A stretch of DNA of 64,000 nucleotides from an uncultured delta proteobacterium (GTDB taxonomy: Bacteria; Myxococcota_A; Polyangia; Polyangiales; B10-G4). The stretch lies in assembly GCA_963727445.1 (NCBI GenBank), contig CAVSGI010000002.1, forward strand, positions 96,001-160,000, given 5' to 3'. Shown here piece by piece: positions 53,501 to 63,802 of this stretch (position 1 is the first letter of the stretch; the number at the start of each line of letters is the position of its first letter). The notes below the pieces were generated by a model. That model was not told the DNA's origin. It worked only from the letters and a program-made list of their open reading frames with translations, and ran no database searches. The translations under genes were made by a program, and so were the position numbers.

Positions 53501-56500
53501 ATGTTTACGAAAATTCTCCACCGACCAGCCCTCGCGCTGGTCCTGTCGATCGTCACCGTGTTTCTCGGGGGGCTCGGGATCGCGACCCTCCCGATCGCGC
53601 AGTTCCCCAGCGTCGCGCCGCCGACCGTGTACGTGTCCATCGCGTATCCCGGCGCCAGCGCCAACGTCCTGGTCGACTCGGTCTTGATCCCGCTCGAGCA
53701 GTCGATCAACGGCGTCCAGAACATGCGTTACATGGTCTCCGACGCCACGAGCGCCGGGGAGGCGACGATCCGGATCTACTTCGAGCCGGGTACGGATCCG
53801 AGCATCAACGTCGTCAACGTCCAGAACCGCGTGAACATCATGCTGAGCCGCCTTCCTCCGCTGGTGGTGCGCGAAGGCATCCTGGTCAGCAAGGTCGTGC
53901 CGAGCATGTTGATGTACCTCAACATCTTCAGCACCGACCCCGATACCGACCAGAAGGACCTGTTCAACTACGCCAACGTCTACGTCATGCCCGTGATCAA
54001 ACGTATCCAGGGCATGGGGATCCCGCGAAATCTCGGCAACCGAAATTTCGCGATGCGCATCTGGTTGAACCCCGAGCGCATGCGGGCCTACGACATCTCC
54101 GTCGAAGACGTGATGGACGCGGTGGCGGAGCAGAGCATCATCGGCTCACCCGGCCGCCTCGGTCAGGCCACGGGCATGACCTCGCAGTCGAAGGAGTACG
54201 TGCTCACCTACATCGGCCGCTACAACGAGCCGGAGCAGTACGCGAACATCATCCTGAAGGCGACGCCGAGCGGCGAGATCCTTCGGCTCAGAGACGTCTG
54301 CGTGCCTCCGCCCGCGCCCGAAGGGCAGGAAGACGACCCCGCCAATCAGCACGAAGGCGTCGAGCTCGGCTCGGAGTTCTTCGACATCTACTCCGACGTC
54401 GACGGCTACCCCGCGGCATCAATCGTCCTCAAGCAGGCGCCCGGTTCCAACGCGGCCGAGATCATCGACCAGGTCAAGGAGACGCTCGAGGAGCTGAAGC
54501 AGTCGTTCCCCCCGGGGATGGACTACGAGATCGCCTACGACGTCTCCCGCTTCGTCGACGCCTCCATCGAGCAGGTGCTCCACACCCTGCTCGAGGCGTT
54601 CATCCTGGTGTCGCTCGTCGTCTACATGTTCTTGGGCGACTTGCGCTCCACGCTCATCCCGACGCTCGCGGTCCCGGTGTCGTTGATCGGCAGCTTCTTC
54701 ATCCTGCAGTTGATGGGCTTCTCCATCAACCTGATCACCCTCTTCGCGATGGTCCTGGCCATCGGCGTCGTCGTCGACGACGCGATCGTCGTCGTGGAAG
54801 CCGTCCACGCCAAGATGGCGGAGACGCACTTATCTCCCTATCGCGCGACCATGGAGGTCCTTCACGAGATCAGCGGCGCGATCATCGCGATCACGCTGGT
54901 GATGACCTCGGTGTTCGTCCCCATCACCTTCGTCCCCGGCCCGGTCGGCGTCTTCTACCGCCAGTTCGGCGTCACCATGGCCTCGACGATCATCCTCTCC
55001 GGCATCGTCGCCCTCACGCTCACGCCGGTGCTCTGCGCGATGATCCTCAAGCCGCACAGCGCGAGCCACGAGCACGACAAGGCCGGCAAGAAGAGCATTC
55101 GCGACCGGATTCGGGCCATGGATACCAGGACCCGCGTGGTGTACGTCCTGTTGGGGGCACCGGTTCTCGCGGGGCTCACCTACATCGCCTACGAGCTCTG
55201 GGGACCGATCGGCTTTTTGCTGATCCTCGTGCCGTTCGTGCAGGGGCCCTTCAGCCGGAGCGTCGACAAGGTCACCAACTGGTATGCGGGCGGGATCCTC
55301 AGGCCCATCGTCACCCGCCGGGTCCTGACCGTCGCGGTGATCGCGGCGTTCGCCTTCGGCATCGTCGCCACGAACACCATCCTGCCGAGCGGTTTCATCC
55401 CCGGTGAGGACCAGGGCATCATCTACGCCGTTCTACAGACGCCTCCCGGCTCGACCCTCGAGTACACGAACGCCAAGTCCCAGGAGCTCGAGCGGATCGC
55501 CAAGGAGATCCAGGGGGTCACCAGCGTCACCTCGGTGGCGGGATACGAGGTTCTGACCGAGGGGCGCGGTTCGAACGCGGGTACGGCGATCATCAATCTC
55601 AGGGATTGGTCCGAGCGCGAGCACACCGCCAAGGAGATCATCGAAGAGCTCGAAGAACGAACGAGCGTGATGACCAACATCAAGCTCGAATTCTTCGAAC
55701 CGCCGGCGATCCCCGGTTTCGGCGCCGCGGGCGGTCTCTCCTTGCGCGTGCTCGACCAGACCCAGTCGAGCACGGCGGACTACCAACGGCTCGGAGAGAT
55801 CACCGAGGAGTTCATGGAGGCGCTCGGCGAGCGCGAAGAGGTGGGCAGCCAGTTCACCTTCTACGCCGCGGACTACCCGCAGTACGAGCTACTCATCAAC
55901 CCGGACATGGCCTACCAGAAGGGGGTGTCGGTCGAGAAGGCCCTCGAAAACCTCAACATCCTCATCGGCAGCACCTACGAGCAGGGCTTCATCCGCTTCA
56001 ACAAGTTCTACAAGGTCTACGTCCAGGCGTGGCCGCAGTTCCGGCGAATGCCCGACGACCTGAACAACCTGTTCATCCCCAACGAGGCCGGACAGATGGT
56101 CCCCTACTCGGCCTTCATGGATATCCAGAAGACGCAGGGCCTGAACGAGATCACCCGCTACAACCTCTACCCCTCTGCCGCCATCCAGCTCGTTCCGGCT
56201 GCCGGCTTCTCGACCGGTCAGGCGATTCAAGCGGTGGAAGAGGTCGCCCGGGCGACGCTGCCCCGCGGATACGCGCTCGGCTGGGAGGGTCTGTCCTGGG
56301 ACGAGTCGAGGAAGGGCAACGCAGCCCTCTACATCTTCCTGATCGTCGTCATCTTCGTCTATCTGGTGCTCGTCGCGCAGTACGAGAGCTTCCTGATCCC
56401 GCTGGCCGTCATCCTGTCGCTGCCCGTCGGCATCTTCGGCTCGTTCTTCTTCTTGCAACTGGCGGGACTGGCCAACGACGTCTGGGCCCAGTTGGGTCTG

Positions 56501-56947
56501 ATCATGTTGGTCGGCCTCTTGGGGAAGAACGCGATCCTGATCGTGGAATTCGCGGTCCAGCGGCGAAACGAGGGCGCCTCCCTCAAGGACGCGGCCATCG
56601 AGGGCGGCAGACTCCGCTTCCGGCCCATCCAGATGACCTCCTTCGCCTTCGTCGCCGGTCTGATCCCGCTCGTCATCGCCCACGGCGCGGGCGCCATCGG
56701 CAACCGCACCATCGGCGTCACGGGTGTCGGTGGCATGCTCCTCGGCACCGTGATCGGCGTCGTCGCCATCCCCGGCCTCTACTACCTCTTCGCTCGGCTC
56801 TCCGACGGGCGCGAGCTGCTCCGCGACGAAACGGACACGCCTCTGAGCGAGGTGCCGGAAGAGCATCACCCGCTCGCCGCCCGGGCCGACCCCGAACATG
56901 CGACGCACTCCGAGCCGCCTCCGGATTCCGAGCCGCCTGAAGTGTGA
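53501..56947 (+). CDS. RND efflux permease (HAE1-like), copy 2, intact
   Basis: Same motifs as copy 1; uninterrupted 1148-aa frame from ATG 53501. Confidence 0.95.
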   Translation: MFTKILHRPALALVLSIVTVFLGGLGIATLPIAQFPSVAPPTVYVSIAYPGASANVLVDSVLIPLEQSINGVQNMRYMVSDATSAGEATIRIYFEPGTDPSINVVNVQNRVNIMLSRLPPLVVREGILVSKVVPSMLMYLNIFSTDPDTDQKDLFNYANVYVMPVIKRIQGMGIPRNLGNRNFAMRIWLNPERMRAYDISVEDVMDAVAEQSIIGSPGRLGQATGMTSQSKEYVLTYIGRYNEPEQYANIILKATPSGEILRLRDVCVPPPAPEGQEDDPANQHEGVELGSEFFDIYSDVDGYPAASIVLKQAPGSNAAEIIDQVKETLEELKQSFPPGMDYEIAYDVSRFVDASIEQVLHTLLEAFILVSLVVYMFLGDLRSTLIPTLAVPVSLIGSFFILQLMGFSINLITLFAMVLAIGVVVDDAIVVVEAVHAKMAETHLSPYRATMEVLHEISGAIIAITLVMTSVFVPITFVPGPVGVFYRQFGVTMASTIILSGIVALTLTPVLCAMILKPHSASHEHDKAGKKSIRDRIRAMDTRTRVVYVLLGAPVLAGLTYIAYELWGPIGFLLILVPFVQGPFSRSVDKVTNWYAGGILRPIVTRRVLTVAVIAAFAFGIVATNTILPSGFIPGEDQGIIYAVLQTPPGSTLEYTNAKSQELERIAKEIQGVTSVTSVAGYEVLTEGRGSNAGTAIINLRDWSEREHTAKEIIEELEERTSVMTNIKLEFFEPPAIPGFGAAGGLSLRVLDQTQSSTADYQRLGEITEEFMEALGEREEVGSQFTFYAADYPQYELLINPDMAYQKGVSVEKALENLNILIGSTYEQGFIRFNKFYKVYVQAWPQFRRMPDDLNNLFIPNEAGQMVPYSAFMDIQKTQGLNEITRYNLYPSAAIQLVPAAGFSTGQAIQAVEEVARATLPRGYALGWEGLSWDESRKGNAALYIFLIVVIFVYLVLVAQYESFLIPLAVILSLPVGIFGSFFFLQLAGLANDVWAQLGLIMLVGLLGKNAILIVEFAVQRRNEGASLKDAAIEGGRLRFRPIQMTSFAFVAGLIPLVIAHGAGAIGNRTIGVTGVGGMLLGTVIGVVAIPGLYYLFARLSDGRELLRDETDTPLSEVPEEHHPLAARADPEHATHSEPPPDSEPPEV

Positions 56948-57043
56948 GGCCCACGGGCAGAGCCCTCAGTCGCGAACCTGGCCAGCGTCGCCGACTTTGG
57001 ATGCGCTCAGGGCGTGATCTCGAACCAACAATGCAGCGGGCGA

Positions 57044-57613
57044 TCAGCGCCCCTCGCCTCGAATCGACGCGAGCTCGTGCTCGGTGTGGGCGCGGATCGC
57101 CGCGGCGAGGGTGGGTCGATAGCCAGCGGCGAGGAACAGCTCGACGAGGTGGTAGTAGAAGACGAGCAGAATGGGGATCGGGTTCTTGGTGCGGGCGAGC
57201 TCGGCGAGGTTCTTGTCGGTGTCGTCACGACCTTCGATCCGGTGACCGATGCCGACCTGCGCGCCGAACGTGACGGCGAACACGGCGACCGCGACTCCCG
57301 CGCCCCAGAGCGCGTGGTCCGGCAACACGAAGGGAGTCGTCCACCAACACGACGCGAGGAACGCAATCATGATGGCGCCCATCAACATGTCGGTGAGCAG
57401 ATAGACGGGCGCGACCAGCACGATGACGAGCATCGCGAGGTCGACCGACGCGAACAACGGAACCAGCGAGAGGAGCTTCACGACCGCCCAGAGCTCGAAG
57501 GGGATGCACACCCAGTGCAGCACGCGATTCTCCCAACGCTGGTGGTACGCCTCGTGGACGCCCATCCGACGCTTCCATCCCGCGAATCCGTCGTTCGTGC
57601 CGCTGGCCACCAT
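57044..57613 (-). CDS. Mpo1/DUF962-like membrane protein
   Basis: YHQRWENRVLHWVCIP and QVGIGHRIEGR His motifs. Confidence 0.75.
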   Translation of the reverse strand: MVASGTNDGFAGWKRRMGVHEAYHQRWENRVLHWVCIPFELWAVVKLLSLVPLFASVDLAMLVIVLVAPVYLLTDMLMGAIMIAFLASCWWTTPFVLPDHALWGAGVAVAVFAVTFGAQVGIGHRIEGRDDTDKNLAELARTKNPIPILLVFYYHLVELFLAAGYRPTLAAAIRAHTEHELASIRGEGR

Positions 57614-57805
57614 CCCTTGCCGCCCATGGTCGGCTCGGACCTGGCAGCGGATCAAGGAGCGGCCAGCGCGTGAGGGACGCGATTCGCGCGCGCCGATCGA
57701 GCAATCTTTGCCCGCGTGGCCTTGCGAGCCGCCAGCGAGCGGCCCGAATTCGGTCGTCTTTCTCGGGGTGCGTCCCGGCATGGGATTCGCGACGATAGAA
57801 GACGC

Positions 57806-58714
57806 ATGACGACTCACACGCTGCTCCTGCTCTTCCTCTCGTTCCTGGCCTGCGGGGGCTCGTCGCGACCGGCGAGCGAGCCGCCACGCGCTCGCCGGAC
57901 CGCATCGAACCGACCCAAGCCTCCGAACGCGCTCGAAACCAATGCGTCGGGGGAGGCCGCGCCAGCATCGGCGACGAAGCCATCCGAGCCGGAGGCGGCG
58001 CCCCAAATCGAGCTCCCCCCAATCGTGCGCCACTGCGCGGAGGAGCTCGTCGAGCCCGGGGACCCCGAGCGACGAACCCTCGAGGAGTGGGCCTGGGACG
58101 CCACGGGGACGTTGCGGCGCCACTTCACCCTGCGCGACACGGAGGAGTCCGAGCAGCTGTTCACGGGCGACGCGCGGACGAGGGGAGGAGCAACGATGCA
58201 CCTCCGGGGACCTCTTGGACCCCCGAGCGCGCACCGCTATCGAGAGGTCGTGACCGGCCGGCGCGTTCTGAAGCTCGACGAGGTGTGGGAGGGAATGCCT
58301 CCGCCCAATCCCGAAGATGGCATCCTCTTCACGTACGGTAGGGACGGTCGGGTCGCTTCCATCAGCCAATACGGCGAAGAGCCCAGTCACTGCCGCTACG
58401 ATCACGCGGGCCGAATCGTGGCGTTGGAAGCGCCCATGGCCCTCTTCACTTACGAGTACGATGCACGTGGCCAGCTCGTGCGCGTCGAGCACGAGGAGGA
58501 ATCGGGGGCCTACATCACACGGATCACGCGAGACGGAACCGGTCTCGTGCTCCGCTTCGCCACACAGACGCGTCCGAATCAGGTCGACCCGTCCCCCATG
58601 ACCGGTCGCTTGGACGCAGGCTGTGAAGACGTGTTCTTCCACAAATGCGCTCCTTCCCTCGCCCCGGCCCCTCCTCACGGCGCCCGCTACCAACTGCCCG
58701 CCGCGCGTCCGTGA
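57806..58714 (+). CDS. Lipoprotein with a few YD/RHS-like repeats
   Basis: Lipobox FLAC; YGRDGRV, YDHAGRI, YEYDARGQL. Confidence 0.7.
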   Translation: MTTHTLLLLFLSFLACGGSSRPASEPPRARRTASNRPKPPNALETNASGEAAPASATKPSEPEAAPQIELPPIVRHCAEELVEPGDPERRTLEEWAWDATGTLRRHFTLRDTEESEQLFTGDARTRGGATMHLRGPLGPPSAHRYREVVTGRRVLKLDEVWEGMPPPNPEDGILFTYGRDGRVASISQYGEEPSHCRYDHAGRIVALEAPMALFTYEYDARGQLVRVEHEEESGAYITRITRDGTGLVLRFATQTRPNQVDPSPMTGRLDAGCEDVFFHKCAPSLAPAPPHGARYQLPAARP

Positions 58715-58987
58715 TGAGGAACAGCCCATCGAGGTCGTCGTCACCGACGAGAACGTCTACGCCCGGCTTTGAGTCGATCTCGAGGGGGCGGCACAGCTCG
58801 ATGTCGAGAAGCTGAGCATCCCGTGGGAGGGAATCTGCAACAGAAGCACGGCCCGAAGTAGACACGGTGGTACTGATTGAACGCGTCGGGAGTCAGCGGT
58901 CGATACTCGGCGCAACGGGCGCGAAACGGGCCAGCCCCCATCGACTCCCCTGCCGATGATGCGCATACTCCCGCGATCAGACGCATC

Positions 58988-59077
58988 GCCGGGGTGGCGG
59001 AATTGGCAGACGCAGGCGACTTAAAATCGCCCGTGGGACTTTCCCACGTGTGGGTTCGAAACCCGCCCCCGGCACCA
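58988..59077 (+). tRNA. tRNA-Leu(UAA)
   Basis: Acceptor GCCGGGG/CCCCGGC, anticodon arm GGCGA-CTTAAAA-TCGCC, long variable arm, TTCGAAA loop, encoded ACCA. Confidence 0.97.
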
Positions 59078-59104
59078 CAAAAGGCCCGGCGCCAGCGGCG
59101 CGCG

Positions 59105-59133
59105 TTGTAGGCGGGCGCCCTTCGTGGTAGCGC
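59105..59133 (+). promoter_or_regulatory. Putative sigma70-type promoter of the UPF0182 gene (transcript may be leaderless)
   Basis: TTGTAG-17 nt-TAGCGC ending 6 nt before GTG 59140; motif conserved in the 53430 copy. Confidence 0.5.
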
Positions 59134-59139
59134 GCTGTC

Positions 59140-62065
59140 GTGGCTGAGCGACACGACGGCGAAGCGCGCACGCGCTTCCTCAAGCGGATCCTGCCGGGAG
59201 TGGTCCTGTTGTTCATGCTGCTCGCGCTGCCGGCGGTCGCGTCGCTCTACGTCGACCTTCGCTGGTTCCGCTCGCTCGGTTACGAGGAGCTCTTCACCAC
59301 CATCCTCTGGACGCGCATCGGGCTCGGGGTGGCCGTCGGGCTCGTCTACGGCGGGGTGCTGGCGGCGAACCTCTGGCTCGTCACCAAGCTCACCAAGGGG
59401 CTCAAGGGCGTGGTCCTCGCCGACCCCTCGGGACAGACCCGGATCGAGGTCGGGCGCATCGTCACCCGCTTCATCTGGCCCGTCGTCGCGGTGGTGGCGC
59501 TCCTCTCCGGGCTGAGCGGCTCGGCGCACTGGGACACGTGGCTGCGCTGGGTGCACGCCTCCTCCTTCGGCATCGCCGATCCCATCCTCGGCAAGGACAT
59601 CTCCTTCTACGTCTTCTCCCTGCCGGCGCTCGAGACGCTCTCCTCGTCGCTGTCGACGCTCATCGGCATGAGCCTCTTCTTCACCGCGATGCTCTACGGC
59701 GCTCGGGGCGGCCTCGCCTTCGGGCCGGGGGGCCTCGAGGCGGACCGCCGGGCGCGCGCGCACCTCCTCGGCCTCGGCGCCGCGATGCTCGCGCTCTTCG
59801 CCTTCGACGCCTGGCTCGCGCGCTACCAGCTCCTCTTCAGCACCCTCGGCCCGGTGCAGGGCGCCTCCTACGCCGACGTGAACGCGCGCCTGCCGATGCT
59901 CAACGGGCTCATCGTCCTCTCCCTCGTCTCCGCGGGACTCGTCGCCTTCGCCGCCACGCGCAAGCGCCTGGTGCTCGCCATCGGCGGCGTCGGCCTCTAC
60001 GCCGCCGCGCAGATCCTCGGCGTCAACCTCTACCCCGCCATGGTCCATCGCTTCAGCGTCCTGCCGAACGAAGCGGTCAAAGAGGCGCCTTACATCACCC
60101 ACAACATCGAGGCCACGCGCAACGCCTTCGGCCTCGCGAACGTCACCGAGCGCGAGCTCTCCGGCGAGCTCGAGCTCAGCCACCAGGACATCCTCGACAA
60201 CCGGACCACCATCGAGAACGTCCGGCTCTGGGACCACCAGCCGCTCCTCGACACCTTCGCGCAGATCCAGGAGATCCGGACCTATTACGAGTTCGCCAGC
60301 GTCGACAACGACCGCTACCGGGTCGAGAACAACATCCGGCAGACCATGCTCTCACCCCGCGAGCTCGACGCCGACAGCCTGCCGAACCGCACGTGGATCA
60401 ACGAGCACTTCACCTTCACCCACGGCTACGGGATCACCCTCGGCCCGGTGAACGTCGCCACCAACGAGGGCCTCCCCGAGCTGCTCCTCTACGACATCCC
60501 GCCGCAGACGGAGGTCCCCTCCCTCGAGGTGACGCGCCCCGAGATCTACTTCGGCGAGCGGAGCAACGACTACGTCTTCGTCCGCACCGACAACCGCGAG
60601 TTCGACTACCCCTCCGGCGAAGAGAACGTCTACGCCGAGTATCAGGGCTCGGCCGGGGTCCACCTCGACTCGTCGATGACGCGCGCCGCGGTCGCCATGG
60701 CCCTCGGCTCCTTCAAGGTCCTGCTCTCCGACGACCTGCGCGACGACAGCCGCGTGCTCCTGCATCGCAGGATCACCGACCGCGTCCAGGCGCTGGTCCC
60801 TTTCCTCCGCTTCGACGAGGATCCGTACATGGTGCTCAGGCGAGGACGGCTCCCTCGCGTGGATCCAGGACGCCTACACCACGAGCTCGCGCTACCCCTA
60901 CTCCCAGACCCACCCGTCCTATGGGGGCATCAACTACATCCGCAACTCGGTGAAGGTCGTCATCGACGCCTACAACGGCGCGGTCGACCTCTACGTGGCG
61001 GACGCGGACGATCCCATCCTCCGCACCTGGCGCCGCATCTTCCCGGACACCTTCAAGCCCCTGTCGGCGATGCCCGCCGACCTGAAGAGCCACCTGCGCT
61101 ACCCGGAGGACATCTTCAGCATTCAGACCGAGACGTTCACCGCCTATCACATGCGGTCACCGGAGCTGATCTACAACCGCGAGGACCAGTGGGAGATCCC
61201 CACCATCCGCGTCCACGATCAGCGCTCGCAGATGGTGCCCTACTACACGATCATGCGTCTGCCCGGAGAGGACGACGCCGAGTTCATCCAGATGCTGCCC
61301 TTCACGCCGGCGAGCAAGGAGAACCTGGCGGCGTGGATGGTGGCGCGCTCGGACGGATCACATCGCGGCGAGCTGGTGGTCTACGCCTTCCCGAAGGATC
61401 GGCTGATCTTCGGCCCCGCACAGGTGATGAACCGCATCAATCAGGACGCGGACATCTCGCGTCAGCTCTCGCTCTGGGATCAACGCGGCTCGGAGGTGAA
61501 CCTGGGCACGCTCCTCGTCATCCCCATCGAGGAGTCGCTGATCTACGTCTGTCCGCTCTATCTGCGCAGCAGCGGCGGGCGCATCCCGGAGCTCAAGCGG
61601 GTCATCGTCGCCTACGAGAGCTCCATCGCGATGGAGCCGACCCTCGACGAAGCCCTCGCCAGCCTCTTCGGCGAGCGGGTGGCGGAGGTCGTGGAGGCCG
61701 ACCAGGCCCAGCAGGGTGAGGTGAACATCGCCGACGCGCAGGCCGCGCAGGCCGAGACCGCGACCGCGGACCTGGAGGAGACGCCGCCCCGCAGTCTCGG
61801 CGAGCGCGCGCGCCGCGAGTACGATCGCGCGGTCGCGGCACAGCGCGCGGGCGACTGGGCGGCCTACGGCGAGGCGCTGCAAGCGCTCGAGGCGACGCTG
61901 CGCGAGATCGCCCCGAGGCCCAGCGAGGGCGGTGGCGCGGGCGCCGGCACACGCCCCGATGGCGCGCGCACCAGTATGGGGGGCACGCGCGGCAGTGGCG
62001 CCGGAACCAACACGGCGGGCGCAGGCGGCGCCCCGACCGATGCCCCGATCGACGGTGCGGAGTGA
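59140..62065 (+). CDS. UPF0182 family membrane protein; frameshift near 60839
   Basis: WFRSLGY, DPILGKDISFYVFSLP, NVRLWD, FTHGYG, NYIRNSVKVVIDAYNG, HLRYPED. Confidence 0.93.
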
Positions 62066-62069
62066 CTCG

Positions 62070-63425
62070 ATGGCACGCTTCGCCCTCGCCGCGAGCCTGA
62101 TCGCGATCTTCGCCCTCATCCCGCGATCGGCGGCGGCTCACCTCCTGATCACCGAAGGCGACGTGGCCGTCGTCGCCATCTACACCGGGCCCGGCGACGC
62201 CGAGGTCTCCTTTCACTTCGTGACGCTTCGCGATTTCTATCCGGGTCAGGGCATCAACTTCACGGACCGCGGCTGGCACGCGACGGGCAGCATCTTTCGC
62301 GACGACGCCCGCGAAGGGATCCAGCGCTGGGAGCCTGCGGCCGCCGCTCTCGGCGGTTCGGTCATCTTCCTGCCCGCGCACGCCGACATGGACCTCGAGC
62401 GCGGCGCCGATCAGATCTTCGCCTATGACGGGACCATCGCCGACGACGGAGCCTTCTCCGGCGTGCTGGTGCACGGGCTGAACCTGGGCGGCGACTGGGC
62501 CGCCGACGCCACCAGCTCGACCACCTCGGCGCTTCCACGCGACCTCGTGGACGGCAGCGTCGTGCTCGGCGCCTTCGCGAACTGCGCCTACGCCGGCCCC
62601 ACCAGCGGCACCAAGAGTGAGCTGCTCGCGCTCATCGACGACAACCGCAACTGGGTCTGCAGCGACACCATGCAGCCGCCACCACCCATGACCTTCGAGG
62701 TGCTGGCGGCCCTCGGCGACTACTGCGCCGAGGACGCCGACTGCGCCGACGGATTCTGCGTGCACGGCGCTTGCTGCAACTCCGAGTGTCGCCGCGATGA
62801 GGCGGGCCACTGCCAGGAGTGCAACTTCGGTCCCACCGACGTGCGCAGCGGCTTCTGCCAGGCGGCGCCCACCACTTATCTCTGCCGCGTGAGCACGGGT
62901 CCCTGCGACCCCGCCGAGTACTGCGACGGCGAGCTCGAGGCGTGTCCGGCGGACGAGCTCCACACGGCCTCGGCGGTGTGCCGCGCATCGGCGGGCGCCT
63001 GCGATCCGCCGGAGCTCTGCACCGGCTTTTCGGCGGAGTGCCCGGTGGACGTGCGGATCGACCCGGGCTCCTGTGACGACGGGGATGCATGCACGGCGGA
63101 CGGGTGCACGGCGGAAGGCACGTGCATCCACGCCCCAATCGACAACTGCTGCGGCACCGACGCCGACTGCGACGACGGCGACCCCTGCACCATGGACAGC
63201 TGCGCCGACGCCCGCTGCGCTAGGGAGGCCATCCCCATGTGCAACCCCGACGCGTCGACTCCCGTGATCCCGCCAGTCGGCACCATCGGGGGCGGCGGCT
63301 GCAGCGCCACCGGCCGCCCTCACTCCGGCTGGCTCCTCCTCCTCCTCCTCGGGGGACGGTCTACACTTTTCAACTTTTGGCGTCGGACGCGTCCGCGAAA
63401 TCGCTCGGATAATTACAAAAGTTGA
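62070..63425 (+). CDS. Cys-rich MYXO-CTERM surface protein with disintegrin-like and CDDGDPCT repeats
   Basis: Signal peptide; CR.S.G.CDP.E.C.G repeats; GGGGCS..LLLLLL anchor. Confidence 0.8.
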   Translation: MARFALAASLIAIFALIPRSAAAHLLITEGDVAVVAIYTGPGDAEVSFHFVTLRDFYPGQGINFTDRGWHATGSIFRDDAREGIQRWEPAAAALGGSVIFLPAHADMDLERGADQIFAYDGTIADDGAFSGVLVHGLNLGGDWAADATSSTTSALPRDLVDGSVVLGAFANCAYAGPTSGTKSELLALIDDNRNWVCSDTMQPPPPMTFEVLAALGDYCAEDADCADGFCVHGACCNSECRRDEAGHCQECNFGPTDVRSGFCQAAPTTYLCRVSTGPCDPAEYCDGELEACPADELHTASAVCRASAGACDPPELCTGFSAECPVDVRIDPGSCDDGDACTADGCTAEGTCIHAPIDNCCGTDADCDDGDPCTMDSCADARCAREAIPMCNPDASTPVIPPVGTIGGGGCSATGRPHSGWLLLLLLGGRSTLFNFWRRTRPRNRSDNYKS

Positions 63426-63443
63426 AAAGTGTAGACCGTCCCC
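63352..63443. repeat. REP/MITE-like element with 28-bp perfect inverted repeats, same family as 43227-43389
   Basis: GGGGACGGTCTACACTTTTCAACTTTTG at 63352-63379 and its reverse complement at 63416-63443. Confidence 0.9.
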
Positions 63444-63466
63444 GAGGGCGGGGCGTCTGAGGGGGG

Positions 63467-63736
63467 ATGTCGAAGCGACTCTTCCGGGTGCTGGCTGCCG
63501 GTGGTGCGGCCACGATCATGTCGTTGGCCGTGGGCGCGTCCGCGCAGGACCGAACCCAGCCACGCGATACTCAGCAGACCAATTACACGTTCGATGACGC
63601 GGACGAGGTGGTCGGCGATACGGCCAGCAGCCAGGGGCTGCGGGTTCGTATCCGACTCCCGAACGAGACCCGCAGCCTCATCCGCTACCGGACCCACTTC
63701 CGCGACTCTCTGCTGAAGAGCGTCGAGATCCTCTAA
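63467..63736 (+). CDS. CglF/GltF-like gliding-motility family protein
   Basis: Signal peptide, TNYTFDDADEVVG, SLIRYRTHF..LLKSVEIL pattern typical of the family. Confidence 0.7.
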   Translation: MSKRLFRVLAAGGAATIMSLAVGASAQDRTQPRDTQQTNYTFDDADEVVGDTASSQGLRVRIRLPNETRSLIRYRTHFRDSLLKSVEIL

Positions 63737-63802
63737 AAGTCCCGGCCGTCACGGCCTGGTCACCGGCGGCCGGGGCCGCTTCCTGCTAGGCTCCCGGTCC
63801 CC

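Noticed and set aside
47190..58987. Integrative element or prophage at tRNA-Leu
   Set aside because: No integrase, phage genes or duplicated tRNA 3' end seen; the tRNA remnant is internal and lacks the T-arm
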